Part shown: piece after piece, positions 12,728-26,599 of the stretch
Layout of the letters: each line of letters starts with the position of its first letter
Numbering within the stretch: position 1 is the first letter of the stretch
Source of the DNA: Octopus bimaculoides
Taxonomy: Eukaryota
Direction of reading: 5' to 3'
Length of the DNA: 64,000 bases
Assembly (NCBI RefSeq): GCF_001194135.2
Contig: NC_068998.1
Coordinates: 40,362,976 to 40,426,975, forward strand
Position numbers and translations under genes: made by a program
The notes under the pieces: generated by a model
Told to the model about the DNA's origin: nothing
Database searches by the model: none
Seen by the model: only the letters and a program-made list of their open reading frames with translations

Positions 12728-12929
12728 GATGTTATGTTATCAGCGACGAGTACCCAGTCGCCGTTGGCAACGGTGTCATCTGTGTTCACCATGCCCACAG
12801 TTTCAAATGTGTCTGTGGCCAATAACAGTGGCATTGGAGGTCTGCCTGATCAGCTGTTCACGTCGGTACCCTCCGTAGGAGAAAACACCACCACACACAC
12901 TGTTACCGATATCAAACCAGAGATCAATG
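12728..12929 (+). CDS. POU6: Coding exon of a probable class VI POU transcription factor (first exon seen in the window): DVMLSATSTQSPLATVSSVFTMPTVSNVSVANNSGIGGLPDQLFTSVPSVGENTTTHTVTDIKPEIN(G)
   Basis: Polypyrimidine tract and ctctAG acceptor at 12726-12727; 202-nt open, CpG-retaining, non-repetitive exon; AATG|GTGAGT donor (phase 1) compatible with the next exon. An in-frame ATG at 12734 may or may not be the start. Confidence 0.75.
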
Positions 12930-13039
12930 GTGAGTAACACTTTGTTTTATTGTTGTCCTTATATCGTATTTATAAATGGTGGATTGGCATGGTGTTGTTA
13001 TTATAATCCTTTTTAACTATGAGCACAAGGCCTGAAGCT

Positions 13040-13620
13040 TTGGGGGAAGGCACTTGTCAGTTTCATCAATCCCAAAAGAATGAAAGGAAAAGTCAAGCTC
13101 AGTGGCATTTTAACTCAGAACATAAGACTAGAAGAAATGCCAATAAGCAGTTTGTCTGGAATGTAAACAATTTTGCCAGCTNNNNNNNNNNATTAGATGT
13201 TGTTATTATAATGATAGGTGTTATAGAGCAATGAAGTGACAAAATCATTAGAGCTTCAAACAAAATGCCTTGTAATATTTGTTCCAACTCTTTTGCTTTA
13301 CCTTTCATCCTTCTGGGGTCAATTTAATTGCTAATCCCTCCCCAAAATTTCATTCCTTGTGATTTCATTCCTTAGAAACAATTATCAATTGTTGAGGGCA
13401 GTGAAATGACAGAATCACTGGAGCTTCAGAAAAATTGCTTTGCAGCCTTCATTCTGGCTTTTCACATTCTGCATTCAAATCCCATTAAGGTCAACTTTGC
13501 CTTTCACTCTTTTGGGGGTCAATAAAATAAAGTATCAGTCAAGTACTAGGGTCAATGTAATCAACTAGATCCCCTCTCTCTAAAAGAATTGCTGGATTTG
13601 TACCAAAATTTGAAACAAAT
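13040..13620. mobile_element. Three SINE-A copies (one minus, two plus) just downstream of the exon ending at 12929
   Basis: B-box and body motifs in both orientations. Confidence 0.7.
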
Positions 13621-15389
13621 CATCATCATCATCATCTTCATCATCATCATCATCATCTTCATCATCATCATCATCATCATCATCTTCATCATCATCATCA
13701 TCATCATCATCTTCATCATCATCATCATCATCTTCATCATCATCATCTTCATCATCATTTTAACATCTACTTTTCCATGCTCACATGGGTCACATGGAAT
13801 TTTTTTAAGGCAGATATTTTATGGCTGTATTCCCTTCCTGCCACCAACCCTTATCTGATTATAGGTAAGGTAATATTTCCCCATAACCAGGCATGTTTTT
13901 CACAAAAGACTGGAAATGAATAACATACCTTCTAAAAGGTTAATGCTCTTCTACAATCATCACATGATGTCAAGATAAGGTCACACACGCGTGCACGCAT
14001 GCACACACACACACACACACTAATACACAACAGGCTTTTTCCAGTTTCCATCTATCAAATCCACTCACTTGGTTGGCCTGGGTCTATAATAGCAGACGCT
14101 TACCCAAGGTACCACACAGTGAGGTGAGATTGAACTGAAGACCACATGATGAGGAAGTAAACTTCCTAACCACACTACCACACACACATCTATGCACATA
14201 TACATGTATGTTTGTGTGTGTGTGTTAAAATAAAGTTATAATTTAAAGCAAGTTTAAGAATAACAACAGAATGTTCATTGATGGTGTGATTCTAAAATGT
14301 TGCCAAAATGTTGTTTTATTGTATACTGTTGCCAAAACAATGTTTTATATTCTATTGCTAGAAGATTTTTATGTCCTATACCGTAGCTTGAACAGTTTTA
14401 TAGGCTATATATATATACTGCAACCAGAACATTGCTTTGTTTTACACTTTCATCAAAAGAACTTCTGTGTACAGTGTAAGCTGAACATCCTTATGCTTTA
14501 TGCCTGGCCTACACAAAATTAAAAAACTATAATTTCCATAATGTTTTATTTAAAGTAAAATGCTCCCAATTACTATAAAATTAGAATGAAGGTTATAAAC
14601 CTATTATAAATGAAAAGTGAAAATATAAATTAAAAGGAAATTAGGGTTGCATATCTATATTTAATCAGGGGTAAGTGGAGAAGATTTTCATTTTGGTTTT
14701 AAAATTTATCCTCTGTACTCACTCATATAAAACACTTCTTTTCCTTATCCATTTTTTAAAACTTAGTTATCACCTTGTTATTTTATAAGGTTTAATTTCA
14801 TATTCATATGGTTATGAGACACATAGTGTAGACTAAGTGAGATCTTCATTTGGTATCTCATCTAACTGCAGCTTATATTCAGTTTTCCTATTTTGAGTTG
14901 TGGTTGCTGCTTTTTAGTCCAGGTCAACCCTGATTGACCGGACATGTATATGACTGAAGGCATTCCAGCCATGAACAACCTGCCTGCTATTAAGGCTGTA
15001 TAGGATGTCATTATCAAAATGTATCCATTTCTATTTATTATAAAATTGTTTATTGTGATCTGAGGTAGGCTTGACTGCTATTTTCAGCAGGTCAAGAACC
15101 ATGCAGCTCATCTCACTCCAGGGTTGATAAACTATAAAGCAGTAATAGTCTCAGGCTGATTCTCAACCAATTGTATTATAACTTCTCAATTTTAGAAGAC
15201 AGAGTACAATGCAATCATTTTAGAGTTACCTTCACTAAAGAGAAGCCTGATAATCAAAGAAACATGATTTTCATTCAGCTTTAGTTATAATAAGAGAATT
15301 ATTTGAACCTTAGGCAAAATGTATATTCTTATACAGAACTTTGTAATTTATTTTCTCCATGGTGTGTCATGTGATTTTTATCTGCACAG

Positions 15390-15613
15390 TTTGTGTATCT
15401 ATCCTGGCAACATCAAACCACAATGTATACCTCTCTAGTCAACTTCTGTACATCTTTCTAGCTACACATCATATTTACCTATCCAGTCAACATTAACAGA
15501 CTCTGTCTAGCTAATGAATGAACTAGCACACATTGAGCTATTTGTCTAAACAACATTTACTCACGGTGTGTCTATCTATTCTGTCAACATCTACACACTG
15601 TTCCTACCTAACC

Positions 15614-15656
<43 letters not shown>

Positions 15657-15965
15657 GCACACACATACATACATACATGCATACAAGCACTATCTCAACC
15701 CAGACAACACATAGAGACCATGTTTATCCCATCTACAAAACTACACTATCTTTACCTAGGCAGTGTCTAACTGTCTCTATCAACATCTGCATATGTCTGT
15801 TATCCTGTCAACATCTGCACACTAACTCTACTCAGACAAGCATCCACAAACTGTGTCTGTTTATCCCACCAACTCTACATGCTGAAAATATCCAATCAAC
15901 ATCTCCAGGCTCTGTCTGCCTTGGCATTGGCAAGCAATCCAGTCAACATTTCCAGATAAACATCT
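15390..15965. repeat. Highly degenerate minisatellite-like region (core ctatcctgtcaacatct) interleaved with (CA)n
   Basis: At least 7 recurrences of the gtcaacat/atcaacatct core. Confidence 0.6.
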
Positions 15966-16903
15966 AGCTAATAGCAGAACAGTATTTAAGAACTAGTGTC
16001 ATTTTGTGCCAAATTTCACCAATCCAAAAATCTTAAAAGCTTCACCTAAAAACCACGAAAATAACTCCATTTTCCGCAGCCTCTTTGAACAAACAGTTGC
16101 AATCAAAAGAACTATTTCCAGCACAATTCTTCTTCCTGTGTGAAGTGACAGCATTGTTGAAGCCGCAACGAAAATACATTTCCATCAGTATGGCATTCAC
16201 ATCACTTTTGACTGAGCCATCACTGCACTCTCTTTCATATTAATCTTCTCTCTTCTCTTTAAGAAATGTCTTCAATGGAAATCTTCCAAAAAAACCTATG
16301 GTTACACTAGATGTGTGTGTGTGTGTGTGTGTGTGTAACAAACTATATCTGATTTTGTCTGTGTATGTATGTCTGCTTGTGTATATTAATCTGTTTGTGT
16401 GCATGTATGTGCTTATGTATGTTTCTATGTGTATGTGTCTGTATGTGTGCAGTATTTTATAGACATTTGAATATTACAGCAGCAGTGGTGGTGGTGGTGG
16501 TGGTGGTGGTAGTAGTAGTAGTAGTAGTTGTTGTAGTAGTAGTTTCAACATATTTCTATGACTCCCTCCTTAAAGCTGTTTTTAAAGTGAAACATATCAG
16601 TGTATTCTGAAGTGAAACATATATATATNNNNNNNNNNNNNNNNNNNNNNNNNNNNNNNNNNNNNNNNNNNNNNNNNNNNNNNNNNNNNNNNNNNNNNNN
16701 NNNNNNNNNNNNNNNNNNNNNNNNNNNNNNNNNNNNNNNNNNNNNNNNNNNNNNNNNNNNNNNNNNNNNNNNNNNNNNNNNNNNNNNNNNNNNNNNNNNN
16801 NNNNNNNNNNNNNNNNNNNNNNNNNNNNNNNNNNNNNNNAGAGAGAGAGAGAGAGAGAGAGAGACATAATAAATATTTATATATGTATATATGCATGTAT
16901 ATA

Positions 16904-16937
<34 letters not shown>

Positions 16938-16975
16938 CATAATGTAGATAGATAGGTAGATAGATAGACAGACAA

Positions 16976-17007
<32 letters not shown>

Positions 17008-17890
17008 GCAGACAGGCAGACAAACAGACAGACAGACAGGTAGATGGGTATTCATATGTATATATGTATATTTGTATATGTATGTCTACACATGTATATA
17101 TATGCATATTGTGGTTCTGCAGAAAGAGACTGCTAGAATAAGCACCAGACTTTAAAAAATAGTTTTGGGGTTGATTTGTTCAACTAATCACTTCAATGTG
17201 GTGCCCCAACATGGCCACAGTCTAACAATTGACACAAGTAAAAGAATAAAAGAATGATATATATGTATATATGTGTGTGTGTAAATGTATGTGTGTGTTT
17301 GTGTCTCCTTGTATTTACATCATGTGGTAGTTGGATTATTTCTGTAAAACAAGCCATGTCATTCATTTTCAGTCTTTCTTTCTTGGAAGCATGTCCAGCC
17401 ATGTAGAAATGTTACCTTGCTTGGAAACAGGTGAGAGTTGGCAACAAGAAAGGCTTCCAGCAATGGAAAACTTACTGCAATGAATTCCATCTGACTTGTG
17501 CAGGTGGACATTAAAATCATGTTGATGCTGATATATGTACATACATTATAATCCTGCAGAGTTAAATACAGTTTCAGATATATATTTATATATATATATC
17601 ATCATCATTATCAGCATCAGTATTATCATCACCATCATCTTAACATCCGCTTTTCCATGTTTGCATGAGTCACATGGAATTTATTTATGGTCTGACATGT
17701 TGTTCATGGTAAACTGGAAACAAACAACATTGGTTGTGTGATGGTGAGGCTCACTTACGACCATTACATGATGTCAAGACAGGTGCATACACACACACAA
17801 AACACATGCACACACACACATGCATTCATGACAGGTTTCTTTTAGTTTCCATCTGCCAGATAAACTCATGAGGGGTTGATTGACATGAGG

Positions 17891-17928
<38 letters not shown>

Positions 17929-19175
17929 NNNNNNNNNNNNNNNNNNNNNNNNNNNNNNNNNNNNNNNNNNNNNNNNNNNNNNNNNNNNNNNNNNNNNNNN
18001 NNNNNNNNNNNNNNNNNNNNNNNNNNNNNNNNNNNNNNNNNNNNNNNNNNNNNNNNNNNNNNNNNNNNNNNNNNNNNNNNNNNNNNNNNNNNNNNNNNNN
18101 NNNNNNNNNNNNNNNNNNNNNNNNNNNNNNNNNNNNNNNNNNNNNNNNNNNNNNNNNNNNNNNNNNNNNNNNNNNNNNNNNNNNNNNNNNNNNNNNNNNN
18201 NNNNNNNNNNNNNNNNNNNNNNNNNNNNNNNNNNNNNNNNNNNNNNNNNNNNNNNNNNNNNNNNNNNNNNNNNNNNNNNNNNNNNNNNNNNNNNNNNNNN
18301 NNNNNNNNNNNNNNNNNNNNNNNNNNNNNNNNNNNNNNNNNNNNNNNNNNNNNNNNNNNNNNNNNNNNNNNNNNNNNNNNNNNNNNNNNNNNNNNNNNNN
18401 NNNNNNNNNNNNNNNNNNNNNNNNNNNNNNNNNNNNNNNNNNNNNNNNNNNNNNNNNNNNNNNNNNNNNNNNNNNNNNNNNNNNNNNNNNNNNNNNNNNN
18501 NNNNNNNNNNNNNNNNNNNNNNNNNNNNNNNNNNNNNNNNNNNNNNNNNNNNNNNNNNNNNNNNNNNNNNNNNNNNNNNNNNNNNNNNNNNNNNNNNNNN
18601 NNNNNNNNNNNNNNNNNNNNNNNNNNNNNNNNNNNNNNNNNNNNNNNNNNGGGGAATGGGCCAGTCAAGTAGATCGACCCCAGTATGCAACTGGTACTTA
18701 ATTTATCAACCCCAAAAGGATAAAAGTCAAAGTCGACCTCGGCAGAATTTGAACTCACAACATAAAGACAGACAAAATACTGCTAAGCATTTCGCCCAAC
18801 ATGCTAATGTTTCTGCCAGCTCGCCGCCTTATTAACGGCACAACATCTCACCTATGAGCTGCAGGTGTGAGAATGAGTCAAAACAATTGTAGTGGTTTTG
18901 AATAAAGAATCTCATGAATTCCATTTTCTGTCTATGATCTATTAATATGCATGTGTTTGTTTGCGTGTGTGTGTGTGNNNNNNNNNNGGGTGCGATGGGT
19001 AAATTGTTGCTATTTCAAATTTTTAATTTTGCGCATGTGCATTGTTTTGTTTTTGATTTTGGTGACTACACTGTATAGTAGGGTCAACTGGGCACTGTCT
19101 GTCAGAAAAAACAGCACCATGACGCAATTCATTCTGCCAGAAATTTAGAAATGACATGCTGTACTGCTTGGCATT

Positions 19176-19360
19176 CACACTGGCAACTCTTAAGGTACTT
19201 ACACTCTGTTGAGTATGCACACTGACATTACACATCCAGCGGAGCATACTGGCTTCATTCCTTGCGAGCTTACACATGTCCTCAGCAGTCACAGCCTATG
19301 TTTCACTGCCATGTAGCATGGCTGTTTGTACACATGCGTCATACAGTCTACCTTTTACTC
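19176..19360 (-). mobile_element. RTE-clade LINE ORF2 fragment
   Basis: Minus strand reads RVKGRLYDACVQTAMLHGSET*AVTAEDMCKLARNEASMLRWMCNVSVH. Confidence 0.85.
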
Positions 19361-20173
19361 NNNNNNNNNNNNNNNNNNNNNNNNNNNNNNNNNNNNNNNN
19401 NNNNNNNNNNNNNNNNNNNNNNNNNNNNNNNNNNNNNNNNNNNNNNNNNNNNNNNNNNNNNNNNNNNNNNNNNNNNNNNNNNNNNNNNNNNNNNNNNNNN
19501 NNNNNNNNNNNNNNNNNNNNNNNNNNNNNNNNNNNNNNNNNNNNNNNNNNNNNNNNNNNNNNNNNNNNNNNNNNNNNNNNNNNNNNNNNNNNNNNNNNNN
19601 NNNNNNNNNNNNNNNNNNNNNNNNNNNNNNNNNNNNNNNNNNNNNNNNNNNNNNNNNNNNNNNNNNNNNNNNNNNNNNNNNNNNNNNNNNNNNNNNNNNN
19701 NNNNNNNNNNNNNNNNNNNNNNNNNNNNNNNNNNNNNNNNNNNNNNNNNNNNNNNNNNNNNNNNNNNNNNNNNNNNNNNNNNNNNNNNNNNNNNNNNNNN
19801 NNNNNNNNNNNNNNNNNNNNNNNNNNNNNNNNNNNNNNNNNNNNNNNNNNNNNNNNNNNNNNNNNNNNNNNNNNNNNNNNNNNNNNNNNNNNNNNNNNNN
19901 NNNNNNNNNNNNNNNNNNNNNNNNNNNNNNNNNNNNNNNNNNNNNNNNNNNNNNNNNNNNNNNNNNNNNNNNNNNNNNNNNNNNNNNNNNNNNNNNNNNN
20001 NNNTAATATGCATGTGTTTGTTTGCGTGTGTGTGTGTGTGTATACACATATTCATGCATACACAAACTCAAAATAGCACATATACAAAAGTTAAATTTAT
20101 ACATATAAACACACATACATGCACACATTAACACATATACTCATCTCGTCTATATATATATGTATGTGTATGC

Positions 20174-20222
<49 letters not shown>

Positions 20223-21307
20223 CACACACACACATATACCCATGCATCTGTAAACATACATCATAGTTTCCACCATCACCACCTCAACAGTACACTACCA
20301 TTGTTCCAGTGGTTTTCAGAGCAATCAAAGACCATTCCAGCAAATGTTCTTTGCATTTTATTGACAATGCATCAATTTGGTGCACTTTAGTGCACAGCTT
20401 CAGTCTGTCATCTTACATTACTGCTACATTATGGCAATACTCACTTCACTGCAGCTACTACAATAACAACATGAGCTGCTGCAAATATAGCTGCAACAAC
20501 AACAACAACAACAACAAAACAACAGAAGCTGCTGCAGCTATAACCATTACAACAACAATAACAATACAATTTACTGCAGATATTGCTTCAACAGCAACAG
20601 CAAGAACATTATCCACTGCAGGTATAGCTGTAACAATAACTATAGCACAACTTACTGGAGATATAACTGCAATAATAATGCAATCTACTGCACATGTAGC
20701 TGCAATAACAACAACACAAGCCACTGCAGATATAGTTGCAACACAACCTAGTGCAAATATAACTGCAACAATGCCACCAGCAGTTCTAGCAACAACAACA
20801 GCAAGAACTATAGCCTCAGCAGTCAGAACAACAACAACACAAGCTATAATAACAACAATAACTGCTACAGCAGCACCTATTGCAGTAAGAACTGCAGTGT
20901 TGATGAGCCTGTGGTAGGGACTTCTACATGTTAGCGGCAGCTCTACAAAGTTTTCTCGAATCACACTCTATCATTACATGTATTATAGCCATTCAACCAA
21001 GATCTGTAGTTTCACTTCAAGAGACACAGTCTTTCCCTTCCATCTTTCTAGTAATCAGCCCATCCAATATTATATATGAGTGTTGCCACACCATCTTGTA
21101 GTGTTTCAATAGGCAGATAATTTGGTGCTGTCTGTCTCTTCTCCAGGGTATGATTGGTTCTTGACTTCTGTTCGAGAAGCTCTTTCACCCTTTGACCAGT
21201 TTTATTTTCTATCCAGCTGGATGCTCAAATATCATACCTAGATAGCTGGATGGAGAGGGAATGTTTTAATCACTGACCACCCAACCATGGGACAGATTAT
21301 ATTGGGT

Positions 21308-21381
<74 letters not shown>

Positions 21382-22244
21382 TGTAATGTTAGTGCCAAGC
21401 AGTGTTTAAGCATAAGCAAAATTGAGGTTTATTAAAATATGTTTGTGACATATTTCAACTGCCAAAAGGCAAATTTGCTGCAGTTGCTATGAAGAATATA
21501 TCTCTCTTCTGGTAAAAAGTTGTGAAAACACCTGGTTTGTTCAGTGTCGCCATCTATCAGGAAACCCAGACAGCAATGTTTTGTGTTTTTTGACTCTTGT
21601 CAATGGGATGTACCTAAGAGAGGCAACTCTGAAATATGTCACACATATTTTAACTCACCTAAATGTGCTTATATATATAAATAATATACTCACATACTTG
21701 CAATGCTGACATATACTTTGAAGTTTATTCAGTGATGACTTGTTCAAACAGTTTGAACAAGCCAAATGTATGTATATCAAAAATTTATATAAATTTTATA
21801 TAAATTTATATGAATATATTTAAAATTACTTTATACAAATACATACACAGAATAATACTCTCACTTGAAATCCATGGTGTTCTTAGTGTCTGATCATCTC
21901 ACCATTCTTTTCGCTTGGTGTCATTTTAACAGAATCAGACATTTAGAATGTGGCACTTGCTTCACTCAAATAATTCTTACAATAAAATCTGAAACTTTTT
22001 TGTCTTTTTGCTAGCACAAATCGTTAGAACAACAAATAGATGGAGGTACTTTCCTTGCATCAGTGTGTGAGCAACTTCCAGTTTTCTTTTAAAAAAAAGG
22101 TCTTGCTCAAGGCCTGCACATCATATGCAGATACACAGCCAACTAATTTCCAGACCAGAAGGTGTATTGTGTACTAAATCAACTCTCTTCATTTCACATT
22201 GCTCTGTGATCGATTCGACTTTTGATGTGTGCTAATGTACAGCA

Positions 22245-22617
22245 GAAATATTTGATCACTGCAAACAAATCAGGTGTGGTTGTGATTTTGGGTTCAGTCC
22301 CACTGCATGGCACCTTGGACAAGTGTCTTTTACTATAACCTTGGGCTGACCAAAGCCTTGTGAGCAGATCTGGTAGACAGAAACTGAAAGAATTCTGTCA
22401 TGTGTGTGTGTGTTTGTCCCCTCCCACCTCTTGACAACCAGCATTAGTGTGTTTATGTCCCCATAACTTAGTAGTTCAGCAAAAGAGACTGATAGAATAA
22501 GTACCAGGCTTAAAAGGAAAATTAGTACTGGGGTCAATTAGTTCAACTAAACTTCCTCAAGTTGGTGCCCCAGCATGGGCGCAGTCTAATGACTGAAACA
22601 AGTAAAAGATAAAAGAT
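22245..22617 (+). mobile_element. CORE-type SINE (family B), full length
   Basis: GGGTTCAGTCCC B box, CORE-like segment, aagtaaaagataaaaga tail. Confidence 0.85.
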
Positions 22618-23129
22618 ACAAAAAACCATTTGTCCAGAAAGAAGTTGCTAAACCCTCACCTGTCATTTATGACAGGTGAGTCCACATTTATCAACTCCAT
22701 AGAAATGTAAGGTAAAGTTAATACCCTGGGATATTCCATACAAAGAACCAGCAGACTTAAATGCTGCAAACTGTCTATTCTGGCACTTTCTGTCTTGCTT
22801 TATCTCTGTAGCATAATACCATTGTCAGGTATAACACCCATGACAAGATTTTAGTGAAGAGTCTCTACATGGTTACTGAACCTGCTGCAAATAGCAGCTA
22901 AATCTCCCTCAATTTGCAACCTTGCCACGTTAAAAAAAAAGTGGGCAGTTTACTACATTGGACAATATTGTTCCTGAAATACAAACTGTGTTGGAATATC
23001 TTTGGTCGTAGATCTATGTACTAGAGGAGGGGAGACCTTGGGTGAGGCAACAACAAAAGAACTGATAACAACAAATAAAAACTATACAAAAATCTAAATG
23101 ACTAAAAAAAATAATGATAAAAGTACCAA

Positions 23130-23345
23130 CAACAGAGATCTAAGAGGGAGCCTCTATGTAGCCACCCAACCTGCTAGAAATAACAACCAAATCTCATTCA
23201 AACTGTACCCTTTACTGTCTTATAAATAGAAGGATGCATTGGCTGATGTAGTCATGGATACACAAACACAGGAATGCCATGGCTGGAAGGTCTCTTGTTA
23301 TAGGTCTACTCCATTAGAGCTAAACAACAACTACTAAAACAACAA
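23130..23345 (+). mobile_element. Unclassified (AAC)n-tailed interspersed repeat (here family E). More than 10 other copies, e.g. about 20-150, 9850-10030, 12460-12610, 14900-15120, 22840-23060, 29220-29420, 37430-37630, 44280-44470, 45030-45230
   Basis: Shared gagggagcctc...ctgctagaaatagcagccaaatc 5' part and ...ggctaaacaacaac 3' end. Confidence 0.65.
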
Positions 23346-23712
23346 AAGCATCATTTATAACCACCACCACAACAACAACATCAATAACAAAGATACGAAC
23401 TACAAAAGAACCAAAAAAGGGATGAGGGAGGGTGTGAAGCAACTCTGTGTGTGTGTGTGATAGCTGTAACGACTACAACAACAACTACAACAATAACATT
23501 TTATGTAGGAAAAAAAGGTGAAAAAGAAGCAACAACAACCAGAGCCACAATGAATTGGAATAAAATCATAAACCTGAACACAACAATAAATTAATGGCTT
23601 GAAACACAAAGAGAAGCCATTGACAACAATAACAACGAACGGTTTCAACATCAGTGTCACCACTACCACCACCACCACCACTAGCAACAACAACAACAAT
23701 ATTACCACCACC

Positions 23713-23761
<49 letters not shown>

Positions 23762-24723
23762 TCAACATCAACGTCAACACCAGCAACAGCTACATCAGTA
23801 TCTCTACCACCGTCGCCAACAACAGCATCAGTATCACAACGACCACCATCATTAACAACATCAATATCACCAACAACAACAACAATAATATCACCGCCAC
23901 CACCACCACCATCATCAATGATAACATCGATATCCTCACCGACAACAACAGAAATGTCGCTGCCACCACTACCACCTCCATCATCAGTATTACCAAGAAC
24001 AACAGCAACCGCAATATCAATAACAGCTACATTGCCAGCACCACAACAACAGTGGCAGCAGTGACATCACCACCACCACCAACAACAACAACAACAACAA
24101 CACAGTGATATCAATGACAACCCAGTGATAACAACAACAACAGCAACATCAGAAGGCAAAAAAAAAGTAGTTTTATATTGTTTTCTGTAAATATTTGCTT
24201 TATCTCCACCAACACTGTGCAGCAATAAAAATGACACTGTGCATTACATGCACACATGAATATTTTTGCTCTCAAAGGTGCACATTAAAATGTGCACCAA
24301 ATTTTTATAGCATCATTTAAAAACAAAAACAAAAAAAACAAGAAACCATGGTATATATATATAATATGGTTACATAAATGTTGTTGTTGTTATTGTTTCA
24401 CTGGTGCATGTAACGTAGTGGGTGGTGGTGGTGGTGGTGGTGGTATTATTTTTTATTAATGGGACAATTAAAATGATGGTTTTGTTGGAATAATATTTCC
24501 CTTTGCCATTATATATATATATATAGTTACTGGTTCCAGCAGGTAGATGTGGCCATGCAGGAGCAATGCATTTTTATATAGTAAAGATGAATTGTTTATT
24601 TGTTGTTTTTGTTGTTACTGACTGGATAAAATGTAAAAACAGAAAAGGAAAAAAAAAACGGAACTATTCTTTGTTCTGACTGAAAACAACACATGGCTTC
24701 ACTTTTCTACTATAACAGACATG

Positions 24724-24739
<16 letters not shown>

Positions 24740-24763
<24 letters not shown>

Positions 24764-26110
24764 GGTATTCTATACCACGAGATACACAAATCCATATTTC
24801 TGCTATAACACTATTTATACAGATCCATATAACACTATATAACTTTACATACACAGATCCATACTTCACTTCCATTATAACACTGTATAGCACGATATAC
24901 ATCATTTAATGTTGATTTTCTATGCTGACATGGGCTGGATGGTGTGACAGAAGCTAGCAAGGCCAAGAACAGTACCAGGCTCCATTGTCTGTTTTGGCAT
25001 GGTTTCTGCTACTGGATGCCCTTTTTAATGCCAACCACTTTATTGAATGTACTGGGTGCTTTTCGTATGGCACCAGTACTGACAGGGTCATCAAGTACCT
25101 TGCAAAACAAAAAGAACACGGAGTTCTTGGCCATGCTGGAGCATCTCTTTAAAGGGTTTTTAGTTGAAGAAATTGACCCTTGGACTTACTCTTTGTAATC
25201 CCAGTACTTATTCCATCAATCCCTTTTGCTGAATCACTAATTTACATGAATGCAAACACACCAACATCAGTTGTCAAGTGATGGTGGGAGGACAAACACG
25301 GACTTGCCACCATCTATATCTCTCTCTTCCTTTACTCAACCAGCCCATTTATATTCTGATACTTGTCCCTTTTGTCCCTTTTGCCACCATCTCTATCCTA
25401 CTGTCTCCCACTCTCTCTTTCCTCCTGCACTTCCCTCAGGTTGGGTAACCATGTATTTCCTTTGCAGTAGCACACCTGTTTTTGTCTTCATTCCTGATCT
25501 CTCTCTCTCTCTCTCTCTCTCTCCCTCTCTCTCTCCGGATAACCTTGTACTTCTTCTACAGTAAGACACAAGATCACTTCCTCCAATGCTTCCTCCTCTC
25601 TTAAAAGTTTTTTTTTTGTCTTGCAAGTACTTGGTGGCCCTGTAAGTGCAGGTGCCACTTAAATGCGCCCAGTCCACACTGTAAAATGGTTGGTTTTCAG
25701 AAGGGCATCCAGCTGTAAAAGCCTTGCCAAAACTGACATCGCCTGTGCTTGTGCCACATAAAAAAGCATTAAGTCCACTTTGCTGAGTGGTTGGTGTTAG
25801 GAAGGGCATCCAGCTGTAAAAATCCTGCCAAAACAGTTACAGAAGTCTGGTGCAGGCTTCTGCCTGGCCAGCTCTTGTGAAACTGTCCAATCTATGCTAG
25901 CATGGAAGGCAGATGTTAAATGATAACGATGATGATGAAGATTACACACACAGACACACACACACACACATATATACAGTTCCATATTTCTGTTATAACA
26001 CTATATAACAATGTATACACAGTTCTACATTTTGGTTATAAGATTATACACACAGTTTTATATTTCTATTATAACACTATGTAACACATCCATATTTCTC
26101 TTATAACATT
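24740..26110. repeat. Degenerate minisatellite of about 35 bp (tacacagatccatatttctgttataacactata) split in two (24740-24900 and 25970-26110) by a block of SINE insertions
   Basis: The same unit is visible on both sides of the inserted family C and family B copies. Confidence 0.7.
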
Positions 26111-26599
26111 GGTGTATTCATATTTTAATTACAATTACTTACTGATTATAATATCAGGAATTAGCAGACTTGTTAATGCATTAGACAGAATACCTTGTAG
26201 TGTTTGTTCCAACTCTCTGTGCTCAGGATCCTTCCAGGGTTGATAAAAAGATGTATTGATCCAGTGCAGTGGATTAGCAGAACTGTTAAAGCATCAGATG
26301 GGAGATGGACTATCTAATGTTACCTGTTCTGGCTCTTTGTGTTCTGACAACAATGTCTTTCCTTTGGACAACACCCAGAGTATGGAGAAGGAAGACTTGT
26401 TGCATGGGCAACTGTTTTTGTCTTAAACAAAACTTTGCCCAAACCTGTGCATTTTTTGACATTGCTGACAAATAGCAGCCCTAACTTATTTTTGTCATAA
26501 TTGTATCTCTTTTTTAGTTGTGTCTTTTTATTATAGATTTTGATATGGATTGAGAGACCTTTTCTCTGCTTTTTTTTTCTCTATATTCACTTTATATGT

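Noticed and set aside
16545-20134. Long ORFs in the track filled with X
   Set aside because: Artefacts of N gaps (about 16629-16839, 17929-18650, 19361-20003; likewise 48790-49288, 52073-52275, 60744-61097).
23400-24140. Asn/Thr-rich and Ile/Pro-rich ORFs
   Set aside because: (AAC/AAT/ACC)n microsatellite complex. Similar cases at 10620-10760, 37680-38076, 48249-48561 and 50036-50278.
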